DNA of 64,000 bases from the human T2T-CHM13v2.0 reference genome, Homo sapiens, in NCBI RefSeq assembly GCF_009914755.1, contig NC_060931.1, one strand, 5' to 3'. The notes below the pieces were generated by a model. It was not told where the DNA came from, made no database searches, and was given only the letters and a program-made list of their open reading frames with translations. The position numbers and the translations under genes were made by a program. Positions 13,592 through 30,606 of this stretch are shown here, piece after piece; within the stretch, counting starts at the first letter, position 1; each line of letters opens with the position of its first letter.

Positions 13592-14696
13592 TTAAATTCT
13601 GGGAATTCTTACCCCATCCAAATTATATGATCCTAAAGTTACCAGAAACCTGTATTCAAGAGTGCTTGTCGGGGTCCTTTCTATCCTTTCATGAACCTCC
13701 TTAAAGATACCATACTCTAGGATTTTGGATGCTTGTAAAGTTTTCAGGAACTGCGTTAAAATTAAGCAATTAACTGTGGAAATAACTTTAAATGATTATA
13801 AAGACATAATTGACAAGGAAATGTTGTCATTTATATGGCCTATAATAACATAACAACCATAAATATGACTGATAGCATATGCCCAGACATACTAGAATTT
13901 TAGAAATCCCATACAATTTTGGTACATATATTAATAACATATTCATTAAAATGTAACTTGAAGATTAAAAATCATTTCATGTTTGACAGTGCTTCCCGTG
14001 TAATTTAACCTTTCAGATAATCCTGTTTATCTCCTTTTGGCTGCTTCAGGTGCCCTCTGTAGCATCCCAAAGTTAGAGGCTGAAAGAGACTTAATTTTGA
14101 CCTGAAATTTGGTTTTGGGAAGCCCATCAAATTGTCAAGGTTTTATAACACTTGACCAAGATAGGATCACAGGTCACCATAAAATAATGGTCATTCGTTT
14201 AGCCAAAGTGATAATTACAAGAATTTTTTTTTGAAAAAGAAGAAACCTGTACTCTTTGATAGAGGAGACTCAGTCTTTCAGTTATAAGACCTAAGACAGC
14301 ATGACAGATCCTGTCTCTTTTTCCTCCTCCTTTTTTTCCTTTTTGCAGTTTACTCAACGCATAAATGAAAATATTTTACTGTGTCTTATTAATAAATGCT
14401 ACACAAATTTTTGTTCAAAAGAGAAATTAAATTTTACTTTTGTATTAGTGTATTATAAATACTAAAGCTAATTTTAATAAAATCTCATAAATAAATTTAT
14501 CTAATCTGTCTTCTCTTAACCACACAAGATTTCCATAAACCTTTCATTTTGCATTTTCCAGCTTTCTATATTCATCTTGTTTTTTCTATTTTTTTACTCC
14601 TTCAATTTGAAACCTATAAGAAACCTCAAACCAGATAATATTTTTAACACATATCTTTGTGCTTTTTTAACTTTCCCCATGAAAAGCATATCTTGC

Positions 14697-17387
<2,691 letters not shown>

Positions 17388-17992
17388 AATTTTAACTCTT
17401 AGTAACCTTAATTTCTGATTAAAACCCTAGAAAATAATTTCGAACTAATTTTATATCAGTATTTGTGATAAAAACTATTTTTTTAAGTTTTTAGAAAGAT
17501 TTTTCTTCAAATTATTGTTTTTTAACAGACCTAAATATATGTAGCTTTTCTGTATCATATAAAAATAACATCAACGTATACAGACAAACTCATGTTTAAT
17601 AATTAATGTTTCAATATTTTAACTTATAAATGACTCAGACATTTTATGATTATTATTTAATTTAATATAACATGACCTGAAGATTTTAAATTACTGAAAA
17701 TAATTTTGAAAATATGACACAGGTACCCTCCTTAATGTCTTCCCTTAGTCATTCTGGGTGCCAAGTAGCCTCATGGTACCCAGGAGGCTTATGAAGGTCA
17801 AGGCCTCTCTGAGTCCTGACATACCAGGTGCAATGGTCAGGATAGAAGACAGGGCTGTGAAGACTATATCTGGAGGATTCAACCCCTCCCCAAATAGCCA
17901 GTAGGCAAGCAGGGAAAGCAGGGGAGAAGGGAGCATATTGGGCTTGGTTCTGGCTTGTAGCTGATGGTCTAGGCACTAAGAACATGCCTCTA

Positions 17993-18316
<324 letters not shown>

Positions 18317-19192
18317 CTAGACCTCGTCATGTCCACCTATGCAGACCCCCAAATCCAGAGGCTCTAAACCAAAAACAGCTCACAGTCAATCAAGCAAATA
18401 TCTTGTTATATTTAACTGATAATTTTGAAGCTATTCCTATTTTAGCAACAATTTTAGAATTTGCTTTATTTACCAAATATTATCACAGACACATAACACA
18501 CATGGACATGAAAGATTTTCATTTGCTAGCTTTTAAATAGTTTTCCTTTTCCCTATTTGGTCTATTAATCTTCCAGTTACTTGTTTCATTGCCCTAAGCA
18601 ATTGTTAACCAGGCAACAAATTTGCATTTCTAAAATAACTCTTAGGTACAACAACAAAAAATTATATTCCATATGTACATAGCTAAGATTTTAGGCCTAA
18701 ATATTGTATCATCATTTGTCTCAAACCAAGGAAAAAATGGTGCTCCCATAAAAGTTCAGTTAAGACAACATGGCCAGAAAGGCACCTTAATCAAAGGTGT
18801 GACTTATGCCAATTTAAAACAATGGGAAGAGTTTCTAATATACACAGGCAGACATCCTTAAAAATGGTGATTTCCTTAATAGATGTAAATTTCTTTTGCA
18901 GAAGGGTTTCAAGATAGCCAATGAAATTCCAGAAAGGCATATTTTAGTTCAATAGGTGTTCTTAATTTAGCTACTGTTTCTTAACTAAAATTACTGAGTT
19001 CAGAGTGGAGCCCATTAAGGAATAGGGGGAAGAAAGCATCCTCTATGCCTGGACTCAGCATGGTTGCATCTGAAAAAGAAGCAAGCCTATTTTGCCTGAG
19101 GGCCTGCCTTTTATAAACACTTTATCTTTAGTTGCTTAAGCTTTTTATTTGCCTTTTATAAAGAGTCTTTTAATAAAAATATTGAAAAATTT

Positions 19193-19509
<317 letters not shown>

Positions 19510-20217
19510 TCAATAGCCATCCCTAGATGAGACTATTTGGGGAGCCATCATTTTCAAATTTACATCTTTGGTGCAGTGTTGTTCATTTGGAACATTCCAC
19601 ATTTGTAACTTATCTTTAGTAATATTTTGCCATTTCTGTTAGACTTTACTGCTTCTGGGGCCTAATACTTATGCACGTATAAGCTGGAAGGTACTCAGTT
19701 CTTCAGAAACTAAGGTTCCCATTTTTACCTCAAATATTGGCTTTGGCTCTCAGACCTCCTTGGTCAACCTAGCCAATGACTTTTCCCTATCTAAGTGTGC
19801 AAGAAAAATGAAACAAAGTGGGTAGAACACAGAAATTTCTGCTAATTTCCAAGAGCTAAACTTTATACCGCCTGCAATATTTCCATTTACTACCAGTTTT
19901 TTTCTGACCTAGTCAGATATAAGAAGCCCCCTTACTGGATACAAGACAGTTAATTATCAGATCCAGTCTGATCCTAGATCCAGTCTGATCCTAGACCCAG
20001 TCCAGTTTCTGTTGTGACTTCCAAACCCAGTTTGGATCAGAAATTTGCTCAAAGAAACTAGGAGAGCTCAAAACACAAATATGTGGAGCTTCTGAATCTG
20101 AGAGAGAACTTACCATGATCCCCAGTTGCTGTGAGAGAGCAATGGACACAATAGGCCTAGTGGGTACCTCGCTTGGTCGCTCAGCTCTCCTGGGGGTTGT
20201 TAGAACCTCTACTTTGG

Positions 20218-20235
20218 ATCCCACTTCTGACACCA
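20218..20235 (-). other. Primer binding site, tRNA-Leu(CAA)
   Basis: TGGTGTCAGAAGTGGGAT on -, complementary to the recalled tRNA-Leu 3' end ATCCCACTTCTGACACCA, 2 nt from the LTR. Confidence 0.88.
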
Positions 20236-20237
20236 TC

Positions 20238-20632
20238 TGTTAAAAGAAAAACTTTAGCCAAATTAAATTTAACAGCATTTAATTGAACAAAGAACAATTT
20301 GTGAGTTGGGCAGCCTCTTGAGCCAGAGTAGGCTCAGAGAGACTCCAGTGCAGCCACATAGTAGAAGATTTATAGACAGAAAAATGAAAGAGGTGTACAG
20401 AAAATGGAATGAGGTACAGAAACAGCTGGATTGTTTACAACTCAGCATTCACCCCATTTGAACATGGTTTGATCAGCTGACCGCCTTTGGCCAAAACTCG
20501 ATGATTGGCACAAGGGAAGGTTACAGTCTGTTTACACTTCCATTTATGTTATAGTTCACTATGTACAGAAAAACCTTTAGGCTGAACTTAAAATATGTAA
20601 GGAGGCAGCTTTAGGCTAAACTTGATTTAACA
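20238..20632 (-). repeat. 5' LTR (MER57 family)
   Basis: Homologous to 4644-5087 and adjacent to the PBS. Confidence 0.88.
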
Positions 20633-20914
20633 GTTCAGAATGAAATTTGAAATTTCTTTAGGGATAAACCAGGTGACTCTTGGAGCTGCTCTTTCTGGTT
20701 TCTTGGAGGCTAGAACTCTCTTCAGGTTAATACCGTATGTGTTTCCCTCACCCATGTGGCTGGTTTGGTTGTGATTCCTCCTCAGCTTCCTGGCACCTCA
20801 ATGATTTTACTACCATTTAGAATCCAGAAAGCCTTCATCCTCCATCAAGGTCAGCAGGCAAATTTAAGCCTTTATGTTTGTTTCTTATTCTATTGGTATA
20901 TAAAATCTATTTTT

Positions 20915-21225
20915 GGCCAGGTGCGGTGACTCATGCCTGTAATCCCAGCACTTTGGGAGGCCGAGGCGAGTGGATCACCTGAGGTCAGGAGTTTGAGACC
21001 AGCCTGGCCAACATGGTGAAACCCTGTCTGTACTAAAAATACAAAAATTAGCTGGGTGTGGTGGCAGGTGCCTGTAATCCCAGCTACTCAGGAGGCTGAG
21101 GCAAGAGAATTGCTTGAATCCAGGAGTCAGAGCAGTGAGTGGAAATTGTGCCACTGAACTCCATCCTGTGCAACAGAGTGAGACTCTGTCTTTAAAAAAT
21201 AAAAATAAAAAAAAAAACAACAAAA
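20915..21225 (+). mobile_element. AluSx
   Basis: Full Alu with gatcacctgaggtc and an A-rich tail. Confidence 0.93.
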
Positions 21226-21319
21226 CTAATGTTAATTAACCATTTGTGGGGACCATGGAACTGAGTAGAAATGATTCTCCTTCAAGAAATCCTCCCCTGA
21301 TAGTTTTTCCTCTTTTAAC

Positions 21320-21590
21320 TATTAAAAGACAAACTTAAGACAATTTAAATTTAATGGCCTTTAACTGAGCAAAGAATACCTCAGGTGTTGGGCAGCCCTC
21401 ACAACCACCAGAGGAGGTTCAGAGCGCTCTGCTCTTCAACATGAGCAGGAAACATTTATGGACAGACAATGCAAGTGAGGTACAGAAACAGCTTCATTCC
21501 TGACAGCTTAGCATTTACCTTACTTGAACATGGTCTGGTCAGTTGGCTGCCTACGATTGGCTGAATGTCAGCTACCATGATTGGCCAGGC
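21320..21590 (-). mobile_element. Older MER57-related LTR fragment
   Basis: Diverged similarity to the provirus LTRs (ttaaaagacaaacttaag...gagcaaagaa...gaggtacagaaacagc...ttgaacatgg). Confidence 0.65.
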
Positions 21591-22127
21591 TGAGAAAGGC
21601 AAAAGGGAGGGAAAAAAAAATCTTTACTTATCTTAGGTTCTCCAGCTGGGGCTCTATAAATTAGACTGGCCAAAGACTAATTAACAATAGGAAAAACAAG
21701 CAGAAATTTATTAACATATGCATTGCTCATGTACACATAGGAATATTCCATAAGGAGTGACTCAAAAGGGTAGTTGGACCTTGGGCTAACATAGCATTTT
21801 AGGTGAAATAAAAGAAAATGGGTTTTGGGCTTCTGTACACAGAAGGCAAGTTATGGGAAGGTGACCAGAAAAAGTGTGGTAAACAAGGGTTGCTTAGTAA
21901 AGTTTGTTATGGTGATTTAAGTTGAGGCCTTCTCCATTGAAAAGAGCTAAGGGTACTCCTCTTCCTGGTACAAGGGAGGGAGACTTTTTTTTATAAATGG
22001 AGATTTCTTTTTTTAAATGACGACCTGTTTTTAGAGCTTTTCCGGCTAATTCCCTGTGTCCTTTTGCTCAAAATAATCCATATGCCAAAGAGTCCTGTTT
22101 GAGGTGTCATATTCTCGTACCCTGCAG
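21591..22127 (-). mobile_element. MER34/MER39-group ERV1 solo LTR
   Basis: Terminus gctcaaaataatccatatgccaaag...catattctcgtaccctgca resembles the MER34-group end. Confidence 0.6.
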
Positions 22128-23370
22128 TGGAAAAGACATATTCTTGAAGCTGTTTTCTTTGGGGAAATTGTCGTTGACAGGATCCATGGACAGTAAAATC
22201 TTTACTGGGTGCGAGGACCACATTCCCTGAAAGTTGTTAAATGGTGGACAACTGGGCAGCAGGATACAATACATAGTACCTGGTTCTAAAGATTTGGTTT
22301 AGGTTCTAAAAGTCTGGTTTGAATACTCAGTTCTCTACCTTGAATACTGTATGATTTTGGGGAAATTTCTGTAAATTTGTTTTGAACTTAAGGTGCTTCA
22401 ATTCTAAAACGGAAATAAAAATATATTCTTACAATCTCAGTGTATGTTGGTAAATTCTTCTGGACAAACAAACCCAAAACAAATAAATGCTCCTATATAA
22501 ATTTATAAATAAATAAGTACACATACATATATTTTTAGATATTTTTAGTGATTGAGTACTACCCAGTTTGAGGACTATTGCATTTGCTTTATGATAATTT
22601 AAAATTTTCCTTAACTTTTACATTTTGGATTAATGAGTGATGCTTCTTTATGGAAAAAATTGCTTTCTGAATCCTTTTTCTTTCCAACACACTTTTTAAT
22701 CATAATGTTCTTGCTCTATATGTATAAAATACAGATAAATACTCTTTTCTCATTTGGAAAGAACTAGAAAGTGAAGCACATGCAGTCTATTAAATGCAGA
22801 GTATTTTTCTGTGTTTGGAAGGAGATTCTTCTTGGCAGACTTCAAATAAAAAACATTTTCCTATTTACTTGTTGAGGGAAGCTTAGAAAATTTCTCAATT
22901 AAATTAGAATATAATTAGGGGCTTGAATATTTTGAGAGTTGGGGTAGGAACACTAATTGCTTGAAAGTGTTGGGGATTTTTTTTTCTTAGACACTTTGAG
23001 TCATTTCTTTGCTCTATTAATGTTTATAAATGCAGAGAACTTATTTATTTCAGATCTGAAATTAGAGGGTTTTGTTGTTATTTAAATAATTACACTTTAC
23101 TCAGATATAATCTGTCTAATAAAAATAGAATATAAAGTGTCCCCAGGGTAATATTTTGTCTAATGGTGTAATTTAGCTGAGATGTAAATTGTTTTAACTG
23201 TACTGGCTTTGTGTGTCATCAGTATGCTAATTTTTCACAATACATAATATTTTAGTGCTTTGCCATTATAATTTCCCTAAAATTACTTAGAATCGGAGTA
23301 GTGGATGAGAACAAATTAATGTTTTTTAGTGTACACAAATACAAAGTAATCCTTTTTTTTTTTTCCTTAG

Positions 23371-23484
23371 GAACCTTGGGTAATGTGGAACATGGGAACC
23401 AATGTCAGATGAAATTGATGTATGAACATAATCTTCAGAGAACAGCCTGCAATATGACCTATGGATCATTTGGTGGTGTAAAAG
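23371..23484 (+). CDS. BBS9: BBS9/PTHB1 internal coding exon (probably exon 5), 114 nt, phase 1-1
   Basis: Acceptor poly-T-ccttag and donor gtaatt. Translates GTLGNVEHGNQCQMKLMYEHNLQRTACNMTYGSFGGVK(G), continuous with the previous exon (TCA G|GA ACC). Confidence 0.97.
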
Positions 23485-23632
23485 GTAATTTGCTTTTAAT
23501 CATGAGTATGCTATTTCAAGTGACAGATTTAGAATATTTGGTCATATAAAACAGAGGATTAAGTGGTTTGACTCTCAGAAAGAGTTAAAATAGACATTTT
23601 ATTGAAACCTTTGTATCCAAATGCCCAAGCAA

Positions 23633-23724
23633 GTCTATGGCCATACCACCCTGAATGTGCCTGATATCGTCTGATCTTGGAAGCTAATCAGGGTCAGGCC
23701 TGGTTAGTACTTGGATAGGAGACC
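23633..23724 (+). pseudogene. 5S rRNA retropseudogene, nt 1-92, tailless
   Basis: gtctatggccataccaccctgaa...ggttagtacttggataggagacc matches 5S rRNA 1-92 with CpG decay; flanked by aaat(g/a)cccaa(g/t)caa direct repeats. Confidence 0.95.
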
Positions 23725-25181
23725 AAATACCCAATCAAAATAATAAAAAAAAACCTTTAAACATTGGAAGTCTTTGATTTTTATATAACCAGCATATTTT
23801 TATATGGTCTATAGAAACATTTCTAAAACTGCCTTTTCTACAGATTTTGTCTTTTATATATAAGCTGACTGAAACTGAGCTCTTTTTGTGTGTGATGGAA
23901 CTGTGGTACCTGACTGTCTCTCTCAGTGGAAAAAATGGTTGACCTCATTGACAGGAAGTCACTGCTCTACCTGCTACAGGCAGAATAAAGCTGCAAACAC
24001 CTCTCTCCACTCTACCCATATCTGGGGCTGCTGTACAGGGTTGTGTGGGTCGTTTCTGCACAGGGCAGCTGGAAGAGTGGGGGATGTGGGTCTGAAATAC
24101 AGACTTGATCCTGCTCATCGAGCCATGCTTTCTGGCTTGGAGTAAATCTACCCAGAGGAAGGGGTGCTTTTTCTGTGTTTCACAAAGGCATCACCTTTAT
24201 CTAGCACTGGCTCAGTGAGACTGGGTTCCTCCCACCTTGGCAGAGGGGTGTCTTTTTCTAATTAGCACAAAGGCCACCTTCATTGTGTCCACTCAGTCCC
24301 AGAGCTTCCAGATTCACCAAGGCTTGGTGCTTGCTTGTGTACACTCTTGCTGTTGGCATGGGAGGGCTCTTATTTCCAAACCAACTTCTCTCCCTGCACC
24401 GTGACAGGGTAGTAGAGGAGCTGGTGGTGCTGGATTGAGGATAGGAAGCCAGGTGGTGACACTTACCTGTGTGATTGTGTGACTCTGTGTGCATATGTAT
24501 CTATGTTCCTGTGCCACCTGCAGAGCATGTAACTAGGGATTTTATAATATCTTAGCTCTTCCTGGACTCATGTTTTATGAGTTCATTGTTTAACTGTTGC
24601 ATTGTATTTTTCCTTAGCAACATGAGAAAATGACTTCATTTTGGAAGTATTATTCATTTGTGTGAACTCAGTTTTTTTTTTTTATTAATACATACAGATA
24701 AAGACAAGGAATAATTGAATTTGGGTATACCAAGCAGCATCAGGGATATTTTTGGTGGTGATGTGCAAATAAATATTTTGCATAACTGAAGTGATGTGAA
24801 ACAAAACACTTGGTTAGGTTGGAGGACTGCTTGAGTAACAGGAATGTTTGGATTACTTGAACGATAAGGAGATATCTAGAGTTAGATGAAGAGAGAAATT
24901 TAGATGAGGGGAGAGTCTGTCAGTGAAGTGCTTCCTCAGCTTTTAGAACTGATTTTTACTGTTCTTTGAAAAAATGTCTGACCTGATTAGGGAACCTAGG
25001 CCTCCCTTGTTTAATTAGCTATTTTCAATTCACTTTTCCCTACCGAATCTCCAAAAAGCAAATTACTAAATTCCATACATCATAAAAAAATTATAACATG
25101 AGAAAAAAGTGCTTTGGCCAAATAAAAGTGTTTTTTGATAGCATAACAGTGGTTCTTTAGGTCACATCAAATGTTATATAG

Positions 25182-25701
25182 CAGGGATCCCCGATCCCCA
25201 AGCTACAGATGTGTAGTGGTCCATGACCTGTTAGGAACCGGGTTTCACAGCAGGAGGTGAGCGGCAGGTGAGTGAGCAAAGCTTCATCTGTATTTACAGC
25301 CACTCCCCATCACTTGCATTAGCCTGAGCTGCGCCTTCTGTCAGATCTGGCTGCATGAGATTCTCATAGGAGCACAAACTCTATTGTGAACTGTGCATGC
25401 AAGGGATCTAGGTTGTGTGCTCTTATGCAAATCTAATGCCTGATCATCTGTCATTGCCTCCCATCATGCCAAGATGGGACCATCTAGTTGCAGGAAAACA
25501 AGCTCAGGGCTTCTACTGATCCTACACTGTGTCGAGTTGTGTAATTATTTCATTATATATTACAATGTAATAATAATAGAAATAAAGTGCACAATAAATG
25601 TAATGTGCTGAGTCATCGCGAAATCTTCCCCCTTCCTGGTCTGTGGAAAAATTGTCTTCCACAAAACTGGTCCTTGATGCCAAAAAGGTTGGGGACCACT
25701 A
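25182..25701 (+). mobile_element. MER1A (hAT-Charlie non-autonomous DNA transposon)
   Basis: ~520 bp with ends cagggatcccc / ggggaccacta and a perfect 8-bp TSD TTATATAG (25174-25181, 25702-25709). Confidence 0.93.
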
Positions 25702-25752
25702 TTATATAGATTGCAGTGTACTTTTTATTTTATTATCAGATCAAGTTAACCC

Positions 25753-26608
<856 letters not shown>

Positions 26609-27240
26609 ATCTGGTGGCCCGTATGGGAGCCCATTCTCTCCTGGAGAACAGGTCTCCAGTTGCCTCTTGTAGGGAGAAATGTCCCACTGCCTTGTTGCGG
26701 TAGCCTCAGGGTGAGAGACTGGGGATCCACCTGGTGTGACAAATAAACCCAGGCTAGCAACCTGGGGAAAAGGATCCTCACATACCGTGGCGACCAGGTA
26801 ACTCTGTGCACAGAGCGAGGTAAGAAACATCATAAAGGCGACAAAGTATTTCCTTGGCGGTCGGGATATTCAGGGTGCTGAATGTGTATGTGAATGATCA
26901 CAAGCACTCCTACTTGAGGTGCTGCTTGTGTGAATGGTACAAAGTACTACTGCTGTGCTGAGTGAGTGGGTCCTATCTGCGATTCCGTGGTCACCTCATA
27001 TGGCTTAGGGAGGATCCTGTCATAGGATTTGTACCAGCATGCCGATGCCAAGAGGGACTTAGATCTCCCCCAGGGGAGCTGCCAGAGTGGACGAAGTGCA
27101 AGAAGGGTGCAAGGAGCCTTCTGCAGGTGGAACTAAAGGATAGGCGGGACACTTCTAATATGAGAAATTGAACCTAACAGCCCTAGCATACCTCTAGAGA
27201 ATAATAGGTGAGACATTTCTATATACTTCTTTGTACCTGG
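26609..27240 (+). mobile_element. HERV-I leader fragment with tRNA-Ile PBS (26612-26629)
   Basis: TGGTGGCCCGTATGGGAG versus recalled Ile PBS TGGTGGCCCGTACGGGGA (15/18); ends abruptly at an Alu fragment. Confidence 0.75.
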
Positions 27241-27242
27241 AA

Positions 27243-27287
27243 ATCCCAAAGTGCTGGGATTACAGATGTGAGGCACCATGCCCAGCC
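27243..27287 (-). mobile_element. Alu 5'-end stub (~45 bp) at a deletion junction
   Basis: tcccaaagtgctgggattacagatgtgaggcaccatgcccagcc with the rest of the Alu missing. Confidence 0.9.
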
Positions 27288-29978
27288 AAATCTTTTATTA
27301 TTTTTAATATAACTTGGAAATGCTGTTCGAGACAGAAAGCCAATTTTCACCTTTGCATTAGTACACTATTGATGTCAACCAATTCTTAATAAAACCTTAT
27401 AGACAAATCTATCCAATTTTAGTTTGATCATAAGATAAGATTCTTATAAACCTTGCATATAACCCTTTACACCTTTTTTTGTTGTAGTTGTTAAAAAGCA
27501 GATCAGTGCTCTAAGAAAAGCCTGTTGTGCTTTTATTCCAATGTTCAATTTATGGAAAAATGGAATAATACACCTTTAACTTTAGCCGATATGTTCACAC
27601 ACAGAATTTCTTTTACAAGATTAATTTTTCACCAACCTTCCACAACTTGTTCAAACCTTTGGCTTTTTCCCATCTAACTTAAAACAATCCTTGGCCGGGC
27701 GTGGTGGCTCACGCCTGTAATCCCAGCACTTTGGGAGGCCGAGGCAGGCGGATCACGAGGTCAGGAGATCGAGACCATCCTGGCTAACACGGTGAAACCC
27801 CGTCTCTACTAAAAATACAAAAACAAAATTAGCTGGGCATGGTGGTGGGTGCCTGTAATCTCAGCTACCCGGGAGGCTGAGGTGGCAGAATGGCGTGAAC
27901 CCAGGAGGCGGAGCTTGCAGTGAGCCGAGATCGCACCACTGCACTCCAGCCTGGGTGACAGAGCGAGACTCCGTCTCAAACAAAACAAAACAAAACAAAA
28001 AACTATCCTTTAACCCTCTAAACTAGGCAAAAAGAAAAAAAAATCCACATTTCCATGCCTTCTTATAATCTTTTTTCAAAAGCACATTTCATTTTCCTGA
28101 CACACCTTGCATATAAAACTCTTTCTCTAGTAGTCTCAATTATATGTTACACTGTTAACTCTTAGAAACTTACTTTTGGTGAAAAATCTGGTAAATACAT
28201 GATTTTAATTATGTACTAGGTGTGGAGCCTAGGGCACCAGACAGAAGTGCAGATAAGGTGTGACTCTCATGTATAGTTAGGGGATGTGGCTAACTCCACA
28301 TGTCCCCAGGCCTTACTTAAAATCTAACGGCTCCACAGCAGTTAAGTTGAACAATTTTCAAGAGTCAAAGAAGCAGTTTATGACCTTAAAGCATTTATCA
28401 AACCTAATATCTGACCTGCCTAATTTAGACCAAGTGTCTTTATTTTACTAATAATCTTTAAAGCTGTGTTTTTATTTCCCAAAGATTACTTAAGTCACGT
28501 GAACTAAAAGGCATTATAGTCTTAATTTTTTTATAATATTTAAGTGCCTATTATTTTTAAACCAATTAATCAGAACTTATATAGATATATATAAACATCA
28601 CACACACAACACATATAAATACACAGACAAAAGAAGATCCAATAGTTGTAAGATTTTTCATTTGCCAGTTTCTAAGTTTCCCTTTAAAGCATTCAGTTTC
28701 TAGCCTTAATAAACAGGTATAGGTGGAAGGCGAAACAGATCCCCCAAAATTAAGGGTTCCATTTTTATACCAGATCCTGGATCCCAAAAAAGGGATGGGT
28801 AGCAGCCCATTTCCCATGGGAGTCTTATCTCTCAGTAGGGGATGGGGACATTTCCATACCTTCTAGGTGGCCAAGAGCATGCTTCTCTGATCCAAACATG
28901 GAAAGAGCTGAGTGTCCCCCCATAACTTCCATTAGCTGTCCCCAAAAGTGTATTTCCTACCTAGTTATTACGCATGAAATCTCTCGCATAATATGAAGTA
29001 ATTTCTAATACCCCCAAAAGTAAAAAATGTGAGAGGGATCTATTTTCAATTCTTAGGGTTCCACGAGGGAAACAGATGTCTTTTTTTCCCCCCAAAATGG
29101 AGTCTGCAGCACCTCCTCTGTTTTTCCCAAGGTGTCCCAAGCTGTTAAATATTATCTTAGGTCCTCTCGTGTGCATCAAGAATGTCAAGAAGACAAAATG
29201 GAGAAAATTCAGTTGACTGAGAAGAAAAAACCCCTTTTCCAGAAAAACACAATCCAGGAAGAGGAAAAAAAAACATAAAGGCCTTTAAAATGTACGTATA
29301 ACTTGGATATCTGCTTTTAAGTAAGCTGACTTTTAACCATAGTGCTCCTTAAAAAAAATTCCTTATAAACCTCTTATTACCCTACTTTAACCAGGCCAAA
29401 CAGACAATATTTCTGGCTTTTAAATGTTACCAAAAGTAACCTCACAGGTGAAACCAATAAGCCTTAGTTACTAAGCTACAGCACTGGACAGTTTCCATTG
29501 CCCTTCCCAGAAAGAGCCTAGAGCAGTCAATTTTGAGCTTGCAAAAGCTTTTAACTGCTTGAGATAATTTTTAGAGCTCTGACATAAACTCCAAAATTCC
29601 TGTCCTCCAGATGGCTGAGAACAAGAGAAAGTACTGCCACGTACTTAAAAGGTCAAGCTCCCAAGGACATAAAACAAGACAAGCGGGGAACCTCATTCAG
29701 TTTTTTTTTGTTTGTTTGCTTCAGGAACCTGCAGCAAAGTTTGTAGCTGACTAGTTTGCTGGGCTAGCTTGAACAGCAGGCTTGTTCTAAGCCCATGTGT
29801 CCTAAGCCCATGTTCAATCTTAAGGTACTCCTCTTTATGACAGAATATAGTAAAAAACATTTATAGCAGAAAGTTCCCCAGAGTTGCTATAGCTTAAGAC
29901 CAGCCTCACAAATCCTTTTTCTCATTAATTAAAATATTGCAAGAGGTAGTGATTTTTACCACACCTATAAGCAGTTTG

Positions 29979-30009
<31 letters not shown>

Positions 30010-30606
30010 TGAGAGAAGAAAGGCAAGGGAAGGGAGAAAAGCATTGCCTGCAGTGGGGTGGGAAGACGAGGAGCTTAGGGGAAGCTAGAGAAAGACCCAC
30101 CATTGCAGTGACACTAAACAAAGTTCAGGTGGTTGCTTGTAATTTGCTAAGGGATCTTTTCCAGCAGTCCCATCAGCTTTCAAGTTTCCCCTTTTGGGGA
30201 GAAAAGAAGCTCCCCATGTCCGGTGATCCTGTACATGCCTAATCCCCCCACAGCCATCAGCAAAGAGCGCAAGGCAGATTAATCCAAAGAAAATAGCGGT
30301 TAACATCCCATAATGCCAAATTCATTTTTAACCAAAAGAGATTTTACTGAGAGGGGCCTCTAACCGCCTAAATCTTAAGAAGAACTCTAACCTTCCTAAG
30401 TTGGGTCTCGAACCCAAATTTGTCGAGAATCCTTACTTTTTATTAAGAGGGTCATTTAACCCATTCTGTCTTAGGAGAGACTTTAAATCTTCTAAGTTGG
30501 GCCTCTAATCCACCACTTAACCATAGTCGGCCAATGGGTTCTGCATTCTGTTTCCTTTGGGTCAGGAGTCTCCTTCGTATCGTTCTTTCATGGTTCACCA
30601 GGAGAA
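27288..30606 (-). mobile_element. MER41/MER4-group internal sequence, 3'-truncated
   Basis: Contiguous with the MER41B LTR through a degenerate tRNA-Arg-like PBS (TGGTGAACCATGAAAG on -); AT-rich and non-coding; (GA)n at ~29984-30018. Confidence 0.75.
27693..27998 (+). mobile_element. AluY with (AAAAC)n tail
   Basis: CpG-rich AluY; TSD aaaac(a/t)atcctt. Confidence 0.95.

Noticed and set aside
19959-19992. 17-bp tandem duplication (also 60300-60420 and 61423-61453) as CRISPR-like arrays
   Set aside because: Only two or three copies, no unique spacers, and all inside retroelements; ordinary slippage in eukaryotic DNA.
23301-23549. 82-aa ORF as a standalone gene
   Set aside because: It is the BBS9 exon read through both splice sites; its start and stop are intronic.
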